From Candidatus Daviesbacteria bacterium (GTDB taxonomy: Bacteria > Patescibacteriota > Microgenomatia > Daviesbacterales > UBA10151): a DNA stretch of 64,000 nt. The notes below the pieces were generated by a model. That model worked only from the letters and a program-made list of their open reading frames with translations. It did not search any database and had not been told where the DNA came from. Below, piece by piece: positions 55,805-63,994 of this stretch. The translations under genes and the position numbers were made by a program. The number at the start of each line of letters is the position of its first letter. Positions within the stretch are counted from its first letter, which is position 1. The stretch spans positions 7,497 to 71,496 of the forward strand of contig JACOXD010000010.1 in the NCBI GenBank assembly GCA_016176465.1. Direction: 5' to 3'.

Positions 55805-57193
55805 ATGAATAACAAATATGATGTTATTGTAATTGGGGGAGGATCGGCAGGGTTTTCTGTTTTGGAGCAGATTGCCCATAAAGGCTTAAAGATTGCCCTG
55901 GTGGAAAATAGAAAATTGGGAGGATCTTGTCCTAATTTTGCCTGTGTACCCTCTAAAGCTTTAATCAAATGTGCTGAAGTTCTACACACAGCTTTGAATG
56001 CTGATAAATTTGGTATAAATGTTTCTAATATAGGATTTGACTGGAAAAGAGTACAAGAATTTAGAGCAGGTAAGGTAGCTAATACTGCTGCTGCAGAGTC
56101 TGAACAAGATTTAAAAGAAAAAGAGGTTGATCTTATTTGGGGCACTGCCAAGTTTATTTCAGCTTCTGAGATTGAAGTAGATGGGAAGATTTATTCAGCT
56201 GATAAGTTTGCCATTACCACCGGCTCAAGGCCTTTGGTTTTACCAATTGATGGTTTGGAAGAGATTGGTTTTTTAGATTCTGATCAAGGTCTGCAAATAG
56301 ATAAATTGCCTAAATCCTTAACTATACTAGGTGCTGGGCCTGTGGGAATTGAAATAGCTCAGATGTTTGCCAGATTTGGGGTCAAAGTAGCAGTGATCAA
56401 TAGAGGTGGACAGATACTTGGTAGAGAAGAACCAGAAGTGGCAAATCTCGTTCAGGGATTTTTAGAAAAAGAGGGAGTGGAGTTTTTATTAAATGCTCAA
56501 GTTAAAAAAGTGATGCTTCAGCGTCATCCTGAGCGCAGCGAAGGATCTCAAAATCTGAAGCTACTGGAGATAGAAGTCAGTGGGCAGAAAGGAACAATGG
56601 AAGTGGAGCAAATTCTGGTTGCTCCAGGTAGGATTCCCAATATTGACATGCTTGATCTTAAAAAAGCTGGAGTGAAAACTTATGAGAGAGGAATTGTGGT
56701 TGATGAGTACATGCAGACCTCACAGCCTCACATCTATTCTGCTGGAGATGTGGCAGGAATCATGCTTTTTACCCATGCAGCATCTTATGAGGGCTTTATT
56801 ATTGGACAAAACCTCTTGGGCAACAAAATGGAGGTAGATCATAAGGTGATACCAAGAGGAACGTTTTCTGATCCGGAGGTAGGTAGCGTGGGAATAATGG
56901 AAAAAGAGGCCAGGGACAAGGGTTTGAAAGTACAAACTGCTTTGATGGATTATACAGGAGGGAGAGGAGATATCCAGGATGACCCCCTAGGATTAACTAA
57001 GGTGACTGTTGATGCTAAAACCAGACAAATCCTTGGGGCATCAGTAGTGGGTAGAGGCGCTGCTGAGTTTGTGCATATGATAGCCATGGCCATGCATCAT
57101 AAAATTAAAGTTGATGATTTAGATACTCTTGTTTATGCCTTTCCCACTTATGCAGAAGGGTTAGCTGGAATTACTTCCTATCTTAAGGATTAG
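55805..57193 (+). CDS. Class I pyridine nucleotide-disulfide oxidoreductase (MerA/Lpd-like; lacks NmerA and C-terminal Cys pair)
   Basis: GGGSAGF, redox CxxxxC GGSCPNFACVPSK, HPxE-type dimer interface; ATG 55805 preferred over GTG 55781; carries in-frame repeat at 56514-56559. Confidence 0.8.
   Translation: MNNKYDVIVIGGGSAGFSVLEQIAHKGLKIALVENRKLGGSCPNFACVPSKALIKCAEVLHTALNADKFGINVSNIGFDWKRVQEFRAGKVANTAAAESEQDLKEKEVDLIWGTAKFISASEIEVDGKIYSADKFAITTGSRPLVLPIDGLEEIGFLDSDQGLQIDKLPKSLTILGAGPVGIEIAQMFARFGVKVAVINRGGQILGREEPEVANLVQGFLEKEGVEFLLNAQVKKVMLQRHPERSEGSQNLKLLEIEVSGQKGTMEVEQILVAPGRIPNIDMLDLKKAGVKTYERGIVVDEYMQTSQPHIYSAGDVAGIMLFTHAASYEGFIIGQNLLGNKMEVDHKVIPRGTFSDPEVGSVGIMEKEARDKGLKVQTALMDYTGGRGDIQDDPLGLTKVTVDAKTRQILGASVVGRGAAEFVHMIAMAMHHKIKVDDLDTLVYAFPTYAEGLAGITSYLKD
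56514..56559. repeat. In-frame repeat GCTTCAG-CGTCATCCTGAGCGCAGCGAAGGATCTCAAAAT-CTGAAGC encoding QRHPERSEGSQNLK
   Basis: Flanked by 7-bp inverted repeat; homologous to copA insert at 52128. Confidence 0.6.
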
Positions 57194-57196
57194 CAT

Positions 57197-57730
57197 ATGT
57201 ACAATCAACAAAAACTTTTAAAATTCAGAAAGCAAAAAGACGAAGCTTGGAAAGAAGATGCCCAGTCTCCCTTAGCTGAGGAGCAAAAGCGAAGCTTTAA
57301 AGGTCTAAATTATTTTCCTCCTAATCCTGATTTTAGTTTTGAACTAGAGTTAAATAAAAATATCCCTGGTGTGGGTGAGAGAGTAGTAATTAAAACAACG
57401 GGTGGGGATGAGCAGGTCTATTTAAGAGCTGGAAGGGTCAAGTTCAATGTTGAGGGTAAAGAGGTAGAGGCATTAGTGTTTGAAGATCCAGAGCAAGAAC
57501 AGTTTCAATATTATTTATTATTTAGAGACCAAACAACAGGAAAGGAAACTTATGAAAATGGCAGAATGTTACAAATCCCTAAAAAAGGAGATAAGTTAGT
57601 AATCGATTTTAATTATGCATATAATCCCTATAGCTCATATAATAACAATTGGGATTGTCCAATTACCCCTCAAGAAAATATCTTACCTTTGGCAATTCAG
57701 GCTGGAGAAAAGATTTTTAAGAACTTATGA
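57197..57730 (+). CDS. DUF1684 domain protein
   Basis: Pattern F.GL.YFPP...F; WDCPITP motif. Confidence 0.5.
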   Translation: MYNQQKLLKFRKQKDEAWKEDAQSPLAEEQKRSFKGLNYFPPNPDFSFELELNKNIPGVGERVVIKTTGGDEQVYLRAGRVKFNVEGKEVEALVFEDPEQEQFQYYLLFRDQTTGKETYENGRMLQIPKKGDKLVIDFNYAYNPYSSYNNNWDCPITPQENILPLAIQAGEKIFKNL

Positions 57731-57772
57731 ATGTTGTGTATAAAATTCTGCCTGGAAGGGGGTGATAGCTTA

Positions 57773-58000
57773 ATGAAGAAACTTCTTATAGGAGGGGTTG
57801 CAGCTGCAATAATGTATGCAAGCATGGTAGTACCTGTTTTTGCTGATGGGCCAACTAGTCCCAATGTTAGTCCAGTTGTTGTTCCCTTAGCTCAGACAGG
57901 AACTTTTGGTCAAACTGTTTGTAGCGTTCTTGGCCAGGCTAATCTTGAGAATAATGTGGTTTTAACAGTACAGGGGCATGACCCCTCTCACATTAACTGA
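57773..58000 (+). CDS. Small secreted protein (signal peptide)
   Basis: MKKLLIGGVAAAIMYASMVVPVFA signal; SD GGAAGGGGGTGA. Confidence 0.4.
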   Translation: MKKLLIGGVAAAIMYASMVVPVFADGPTSPNVSPVVVPLAQTGTFGQTVCSVLGQANLENNVVLTVQGHDPSHIN

Positions 58001-58047
58001 AGTGGTCTACTTCCTAAAAATAAACAGTTGCTTTATTAAAAACTTAG

Positions 58048-58067
58048 TACTACACTAAGTAGTAGTA
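58048..58067 (+). promoter_or_regulatory. Operator palindrome TACTAC-ACTAA-GTAGTA (copy 2) ending 2 nt before blaI-like start
   Basis: Read directly; nested larger palindrome ACTTAGT...ACTAAGT. Confidence 0.55.
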
Positions 58068-58069
58068 AT

Positions 58070-58462
58070 ATGGAAAAACAGCAAAAGGTTGGTAAAGTGT
58101 TAGGTGAGTTAGAATCAGAAGTGATGGAGATAATTTGGCAATCTAAAATGCCAATTTCTGTAAGAACTGTTACTCAAATCTTGCAAACAAAGCGCCAGAT
58201 TGCTTATACAACAGTCATGACCATTATGGGGAGATTAACTGATAAAGGTTTGCTTAAGCGTACAGAATCTGGTAAAGCATATATTTACAGATCAGTCTAT
58301 TCAAAAGAAAAGTTTCTTACCAGAGTATCCCGCCAGATTATTAAAAATTTTGTTGCTAATTTTGGTGACGGCGCAGTAGCTCATTTTGCAGCGGAAGTGG
58401 AAAAACTAGAACCTTCTAAGAGGAAAGACTTAACTAAATTATTAAAGGAGGTAAGAAAATAG
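58070..58462 (+). CDS. BlaI/MecI/CopY family winged-helix repressor (no C-terminal metal-binding Cys motif)
   Basis: LGELESEVMEIIW....VR.V..IL...R.IAYTTVMT...RL..KGLL. Confidence 0.8.
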   Translation: MEKQQKVGKVLGELESEVMEIIWQSKMPISVRTVTQILQTKRQIAYTTVMTIMGRLTDKGLLKRTESGKAYIYRSVYSKEKFLTRVSRQIIKNFVANFGDGAVAHFAAEVEKLEPSKRKDLTKLLKEVRK

Positions 58463-58463
58463 C

Positions 58464-59477
58464 ATGGGTGCTAACAAAGCCTTCTGCATGCTCCTACTCT
58501 CTTTTGTTGTTGCTTTAGTTGGTTTGGGTACTGTGTTTTTTAAAACAGTTCCGCTCCTTCTTTCTCATGCAGTTTATGTTTGCCAAGAGACTTTCTCTAA
58601 TATTCTTTTTGGCATCTCGCATTCTGTTCCTCTTGTTCTAATTACTTTAGTAATCATGGTTTTACTTATTGGTCTTGTAACTTTATTGATACAAGTTTTA
58701 AAAACTAGAAATTATCTTAAGAAGCATATGAGAGAAAGAGTACCCATCCCCTCTAGTTTGATAGAAATAACCAAAGAACTTGGCTTAAATGATAGCGTTG
58801 ATGTTGTTAAAGATAGAAGTAAATTTTCTTTCTGTTATGGATTGATTCACCCTAGAATTTGTTTAAGTACAGGTCTTTTAAGATCATTAAATACAAGAGA
58901 ACTTAAAGCAGTGATACTTCATGAGAGTTACCATGTTAAAAATCGGGATCCACTTAAAATAATCCTTGGCAAAACAGCATCTTTAATGTTCTTCTTTATT
59001 CCATTGCTAAAAGATATTCAAAACTTCTATGCTTTATCAAAAGAGATAGCTGCAGATAAACTTGTGGTCGGTAATGGATATAGACATTCCCTAATTTCCG
59101 TTCTTTCAAAGCTTTTAGTGGCTGGCTCATCTAAATTCAGTGGCGTAGCAGCACTAGCTAGTTTAGATGATTTAGAAAGAAGGATACTGTTGCTCACAGG
59201 TAATCAGAAAAGATCAATATTTAAACCCTCACTGCTCAACATATCAATGTCGGCTTTTGTAGTTTTGTTTTCCCTGGCACTTATGAATACCCCAGCTTAT
59301 GCAGTTTCTGATCATGAAGGGTCTATGGAAAGCTCAATGTTTACTGCGAAGCAGGAAGTTTACTTCATTTGTCCTTTTGGGGATAAATGTGCGCTGTCTT
59401 GCAAGGCAAAGGAAGAGGAGGGTGGAAATTACAGTCAAGACTTAATGTATACACCGATGCATTACACACCAAAATGA
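58464..59477 (+). CDS. BlaR1-like M56 family membrane metalloprotease lacking penicillin-binding sensor domain; Cys-rich C-terminal tail
   Basis: HEXXH HESYHVKNRD; 4 TM; C-terminal CPFGDKCALSC. Confidence 0.7.
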   Translation: MGANKAFCMLLLSFVVALVGLGTVFFKTVPLLLSHAVYVCQETFSNILFGISHSVPLVLITLVIMVLLIGLVTLLIQVLKTRNYLKKHMRERVPIPSSLIEITKELGLNDSVDVVKDRSKFSFCYGLIHPRICLSTGLLRSLNTRELKAVILHESYHVKNRDPLKIILGKTASLMFFFIPLLKDIQNFYALSKEIAADKLVVGNGYRHSLISVLSKLLVAGSSKFSGVAALASLDDLERRILLLTGNQKRSIFKPSLLNISMSAFVVLFSLALMNTPAYAVSDHEGSMESSMFTAKQEVYFICPFGDKCALSCKAKEEEGGNYSQDLMYTPMHYTPK

Positions 59478-60442
59478 ACAGTAAATTAGTTTATATCATA
59501 GTTGCGGTTTTGCTTTTAGGAGGAGTAGTTTTCTTTGCTCAAAAACAAGCGGGTGCTCCGAAACTTAAATCTGAAACAGCACAAAGCTTACCTGCAACAA
59601 CGCAAGAAGAATCTGTTAGGGAAAATTCAACTTATGGTCATGTACACGCTTTAATTTCTAATCCTCAAGATAACAGCCTATTGTTGGGTACTCATGAAGG
59701 TTTGTTTAAGAGTGCAGATGGAGGGAAAACTTTTCAGAAAGTGGGTGTTAAAGGTGAAGTTAATGCAATGGATTTCATGAACTTTGCGTATGACCAGAAT
59801 AATAAAATCATTTATGCTGGTGGACATGATTTGGGAGTTGTTAAAAGCACTGATGGTGGAGTAACTTGGGCAAAAACAGATTCAGGGATTCAAGGTACGG
59901 ATATTCATGCTTTGGCTATGAACCCCCTTGATACTAACAGGTTATATGTTTTCTCAGTAGGTAATGGAGTTTATGGAACTAAAGATGGGGCAAAAAGTTG
60001 GTATAGAATTGATGATGGACCAGCGAACCCATCTGTAGTAGCTTTTGGATATATGGCAACTCCCTCAAGTATGGACCGCGGTATGAAAACTGATAAAACT
60101 ACTAATATTGGCTACCTTTGGGCAGGAACTGGAGGAGGGTTATATAGCTCATTTGCTTGTTTCTGTGGCTGGACTAAAACATCAGGTGTAACAGATAGAG
60201 CCACTATTTATACACTTGCTCCTGATCCAATAGACAAAAGTAGTATGCTTGCAGGAACCAAAGATGGTATTTACAAAACGACTGATGAGGGGAGAAATTT
60301 TACTAAGATAAGTGATATTAAAGACATTGCTGCCCTTAATTTTAATACATCTAATCCTAAAACAATTTATGCTGCTACTGCCGATGGTGCGATTTATAGA
60401 AGTGATGATGAAGGTAAGAATTGGAGTAAAGTGAATGAATAA
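59474..60442 (+). CDS. Ycf48-like/BNR-repeat beta-propeller protein, membrane-anchored
   Basis: Repeated S.DGG.TW / T.DG..W blades; ATG overlaps upstream stop (ATGA). Confidence 0.55.
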   Translation: MNSKLVYIIVAVLLLGGVVFFAQKQAGAPKLKSETAQSLPATTQEESVRENSTYGHVHALISNPQDNSLLLGTHEGLFKSADGGKTFQKVGVKGEVNAMDFMNFAYDQNNKIIYAGGHDLGVVKSTDGGVTWAKTDSGIQGTDIHALAMNPLDTNRLYVFSVGNGVYGTKDGAKSWYRIDDGPANPSVVAFGYMATPSSMDRGMKTDKTTNIGYLWAGTGGGLYSSFACFCGWTKTSGVTDRATIYTLAPDPIDKSSMLAGTKDGIYKTTDEGRNFTKISDIKDIAALNFNTSNPKTIYAATADGAIYRSDDEGKNWSKVNE

Positions 60443-60671
60443 GCAAAGCTTGTCTTTTGCTGTCGCAAAACGTAAGTTTTTTAACAGCTGTAGGCGCTGT
60501 TTAAACCCCTGGATAATTGCCTTAATTACTGTTGTAGTGGTTGGATTATTAATTTTTCTTCCTATTTTAGGAGTAGCAACTTTGATAGCAGCTCTTCCTC
60601 TGGTAGGTTGTACTGTAATGTGTGGTGCAATGGCTCTTATGATGCGGGATCACAAAAAAGATAAAAGTTAA
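60435..60671 (+). CDS. Small membrane protein with intramembrane Cys cluster (GCTVMCG)
   Basis: ORF, 2 TM. Confidence 0.4.
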   Translation: MNKQSLSFAVAKRKFFNSCRRCLNPWIIALITVVVVGLLIFLPILGVATLIAALPLVGCTVMCGAMALMMRDHKKDKS

Positions 60672-60673
60672 GT

Positions 60674-61414
60674 ATGAGATTGATTTTCCTGCCCATTGTT
60701 GTATTTATTATCTTAGCTGTAACGCTTTTATCGCAAAATTTATTTCCAAAAAATACACTCGAGTCAACTATTGCAAATTGGAATGATGGAACAGATGCTT
60801 TTTATCAGCAGGTTTTAAAAAGTGATGGTGATTGGGTAGATCATGCAGGTGAGGCAGTTTTTGATAACTATCCTGTAAAAAGTATTTCAAAGCTGGAAAC
60901 AGAAAATATTTTGGCACAAGCAAGGCAGCCACAACCACCAGTTTTGGGACTGCATACTGCACCTGACGGAGCAGAAAAATGGATTGAGATAGACCTATCT
61001 AATCTTAAACTTTATGCTTGGGAAGGAAACCGCAAAGTTTATGAATTTTTAATATCAACAGGCCGTCCTGGCTATAACACCCCTACAGGTGAGTTTAGGG
61101 TTTGGAGAAAGGTACTATCACAAGCCTATAAAGGCGGCTCAAGAGAAAGGGGCGATTACTACTACTTACCTAATGTTCCCTTCTCTTTATTTTTCGGTGG
61201 CGGAAATGTTTCTAACTGGAAAGGTTATGCTATCCATGGAGCATATTGGCACAGTGACTTTGGTATAAAAAACAGGAGTAGTGGGTGTGTAAATGTGAAA
61301 CCTGAAGAAGCAGGACTTTTGTACCAATGGGCTGGTCCTGCTATGCCTGCTGGGACAGGAGTTTTAAATTCAACTCCTGATAACCCTGGTGTAAGAGTAA
61401 TCGTACATGATTAA
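60674..61414 (+). CDS. L,D-transpeptidase (YkuD domain)
   Basis: YAIHGAYWHSDFG...SSGCVNV catalytic His/Cys motif. Confidence 0.75.
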   Translation: MRLIFLPIVVFIILAVTLLSQNLFPKNTLESTIANWNDGTDAFYQQVLKSDGDWVDHAGEAVFDNYPVKSISKLETENILAQARQPQPPVLGLHTAPDGAEKWIEIDLSNLKLYAWEGNRKVYEFLISTGRPGYNTPTGEFRVWRKVLSQAYKGGSRERGDYYYLPNVPFSLFFGGGNVSNWKGYAIHGAYWHSDFGIKNRSSGCVNVKPEEAGLLYQWAGPAMPAGTGVLNSTPDNPGVRVIVHD

Positions 61415-61421
61415 TTTCCCC

Positions 61422-61461
61422 TTGACAAGTTAAAGTTTATCTACTACAGTAAGTAGTAGTA
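61422..61461 (+). promoter_or_regulatory. Promoter TTGACA-17-TACAGT with operator palindrome TACTAC-AGTAA-GTAGTA (copy 3) abutting start codon
   Basis: Read directly. Confidence 0.55.
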
Positions 61462-62231
61462 TGGATAAACAGTCAGGTATTCGAATCAACCTTTTTATTT
61501 CAACCCCAATAGCTATTTTAATTGGGTCTGTGATAATCGCTTTAGCTATTCTGGTAAATGGTGGAATCATCAAATTTAAAGGATCAGTTGCTACTAAATC
61601 ACCAACTACTCAAGCAGCTCAAGCTCCAACTGCAACAGCCCCACAAGCTCCCCAACCAGAACCTCAAGCTGGCCCTGTAGAACCCCTAAAAGATGAAGAT
61701 CATGTCAGGGGTGAAAGAAAAGCTAGGATTTTACTTTTTGAATACTCAGATTTAGAGTGTCCCTTCTGTAAAAGATTTCATCCCACTGCTAAACAAATAG
61801 TAGATACCTACAAAGGAGAAGTGGCTTGGGTATATAGGCATTTTCCTTTGGATCAAATCCATTCTAAAGCAGATAAAGAAGCAGAGGCTATAGAGTGTGC
61901 AAATGAGTTGGGTGGTGAAGATGGGTTTTGGAAGATGACAGACAAGATATTTGAGGTAACACCTTCTAATAATGGTTTAAATTTGGAAGATCTGCCAAAA
62001 CTGGCAGGGGAAGTAGGGCTAAATCAAGCTACATTTAAGTCATGTTTAGATAGTGGTAAATACACAGCTCATGTAGAAGAGGATTATCAGGGTGGAATAA
62101 AAGCTGGTATTACAGGTACACCTGGCAATATTCTACTTGATACTAAACTCAATAAGACTAAATTAATACCTGGTGCACTACCCTTTGAGCAATTTAAACA
62201 AGCAATAGATGCTATGCTTAAGGAAGCATAA
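61461..62231 (+). CDS. DsbA-family thiol:disulfide oxidoreductase (CPFC), membrane-anchored
   Basis: FEYSDLECPFCKRFH thioredoxin-fold active site. Confidence 0.75.
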   Translation: MDKQSGIRINLFISTPIAILIGSVIIALAILVNGGIIKFKGSVATKSPTTQAAQAPTATAPQAPQPEPQAGPVEPLKDEDHVRGERKARILLFEYSDLECPFCKRFHPTAKQIVDTYKGEVAWVYRHFPLDQIHSKADKEAEAIECANELGGEDGFWKMTDKIFEVTPSNNGLNLEDLPKLAGEVGLNQATFKSCLDSGKYTAHVEEDYQGGIKAGITGTPGNILLDTKLNKTKLIPGALPFEQFKQAIDAMLKEA

Positions 62232-62234
62232 CAA

Positions 62235-63275
62235 ATGGATCTTTGGTTAATATTTCTAACTGGTTTAACTGTTGGTGGACTTACCTGTCTAGCTGTGCAG
62301 GGGGGTCTTCTCGCCTCTACTATTGCTGCAAGGGAAGAGGAAGATATAGACGCAGGAAGCAGAAGAAAACATACTATATTCCCCACTGCAGCCTTTTTAA
62401 CTACTAAGCTTATTGCCTATACGATTTTAGGCTTTCTTTTAGGACTATTCGGACAAACCCTACAGATCTCTGGTAGTGCTCAAACTGTGATGCAGCTTCT
62501 AGCTGGAGGATACATGATAGCTGTGGCACTAAATCTTCTTAATGTTCACCCAATATTCAGATACGCCATTATTCAACCCCCAAGATTTTTAACCAGATTA
62601 ATTAGAAATCAAACTAAATCTAAAGATATTTTTGCTCCAGCCTTGCTTGGTGTTATGACCATCTTTATTCCTTGTGGAACAACTCTAGCTATGGAAGCAT
62701 TAGCAATCTCTTCAGGTAAACCATTTCTCGGCTCAATGATTATGGGAGCATTTACTTTAGGCACTATGCCACTATTTTTTGGTATTGGGTTCTTAACTTC
62801 TTTGCTGGGGGATACTTTCAGAGCCAAATTTTTCAAAATAGCAGGAGTTTTGGTGTTATATCTAGGTATTATCTCATTTAATGGGGCACTAGTTGCTAGC
62901 GGTTCTCCTATTACTTTACAGTCAATTGGACAAGCTTTACCAATTGAGATTGATTTATCTGGAGGGCAAGCTGCAGCATCTGCTGATTCAAATGTAAAAC
63001 TCGTTGGTGGAGTTCAAACTGTCGATATGTCTGTTTTCCCCACCAGCTATAGTCCAAACTACATTCAGGTAAAAGCAGGCACTCCTGTTAGGTTGAATTT
63101 AACTCCATCAGGTGGTTTAGGATGTACTTCATTTTTTAGAATTCCAAAACTGAGAATTACTAAAAAATTGGCTCAAGGCGCAACTGAAACTGTTGAGTTT
63201 ACCCCTCAAAGTCCTGGAAGATTAACCTTTACCTGTTCAATGGGAATGTATACAGGGACAATAGAGGTTATATAA
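62235..63275 (+). CDS. DsbD/CcdA-like (DsbD_2) membrane protein with intramembrane Cys pair fused to C-terminal cupredoxin-like domain
   Basis: TM Cys in GGLTCLAVQGG and FIPCGTTLA; C-terminal FTCSMGMYTGTIEVI. Confidence 0.55.
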   Translation: MDLWLIFLTGLTVGGLTCLAVQGGLLASTIAAREEEDIDAGSRRKHTIFPTAAFLTTKLIAYTILGFLLGLFGQTLQISGSAQTVMQLLAGGYMIAVALNLLNVHPIFRYAIIQPPRFLTRLIRNQTKSKDIFAPALLGVMTIFIPCGTTLAMEALAISSGKPFLGSMIMGAFTLGTMPLFFGIGFLTSLLGDTFRAKFFKIAGVLVLYLGIISFNGALVASGSPITLQSIGQALPIEIDLSGGQAAASADSNVKLVGGVQTVDMSVFPTSYSPNYIQVKAGTPVRLNLTPSGGLGCTSFFRIPKLRITKKLAQGATETVEFTPQSPGRLTFTCSMGMYTGTIEVI

Positions 63276-63320
63276 GCGGAGCTTGATACTTCGTATTGAG
63301 GCGAAGCCTCTAATTTCATT

Positions 63321-63557
63321 ATGAGTAAAATAGTAAAGAAAAAATTAAAGATTGATGGGATGCACTGCAGCAGCTGTGCCATGAATATAGAGTTTGATTT
63401 AGAGGATGTGGAAGGTATTAAATCGGCTAAAGCTAGCCTGGTAAAAGAGGAATGCGAAGTAGAATTTGATGAAGAAAAAGTTAATGAGCAAATGATTATC
63501 CAAACTATCCAGAAAACTGGGTACCAAGCAAGGTTACAAGAAGAGTCTAAGCAGTAA
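63321..63557 (+). CDS. copZ: Heavy-metal-associated (HMA) copper chaperone
   Basis: GMHCSSC motif, 78 aa ferredoxin-like. Confidence 0.8.
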   Translation: MSKIVKKKLKIDGMHCSSCAMNIEFDLEDVEGIKSAKASLVKEECEVEFDEEKVNEQMIIQTIQKTGYQARLQEESKQ

Positions 63558-63611
63558 TAGGGTTTCTGATTCCTACTGCGCACCAGTTCCTGACAAGCTT
63601 TTCTTTTGCAA

Positions 63612-63639
63612 AGCAAGTATTAATCCAAGTCCCGCAGCT
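63612..63639. repeat. Right 28-bp direct repeat AGCAAGTATTAATCCAAGTCCCGCAGCT (att-like)
   Basis: 27/28 identical to 49278-49305. Confidence 0.65.
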
Positions 63640-63673
63640 TTGAACTGAAACCATCCCTTGTGGGACATAAAAC

Positions 63674-63994
63674 TTAGTTGTCATGAACGTTTAATGAAGC
63701 TCCAGCAGCATCAACTTCAACTTCCCTATCCTTAATAGTGAACTTTCCATCCTGTTGTATTGCTATTCTTCCTCTTGTATTTACGACATTTATTCTTTCA
63801 ATAACTACTCTGTGAGGGTTTTTAGCAGAATTTGGCTTATATCCTAAATCAATGTTATAGCACATAGCTTGAGGTATACTATGTCTTGTGTAAACCTCAT
63901 TTTTAAATAACTCCATAGATCCTCGTTGAGTAAATACCCATTCAATTTCTTCCCATGTTTTTCTGCCTCGTAATACTTCAACAATATCTCTCAA
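63674..63994 (-). CDS. Hypothetical protein; 5' end may lie beyond window
   Basis: ORF only. Confidence 0.3.
   Translation of the reverse strand: MRDIVEVLRGRKTWEEIEWVFTQRGSMELFKNEVYTRHSIPQAMCYNIDLGYKPNSAKNPHRVVIERINVVNTRGRIAIQQDGKFTIKDREVEVDAAGASLNVHDN

Noticed and set aside
49307-63612. Integrase or recombinase inside the repeat-bounded island
   Set aside because: None of the ORFs shows tyrosine/serine recombinase motifs (R..H..R..Y or the S-recombinase N-terminus). The island is interpreted as integrase-less or as having the recombinase outside the window.
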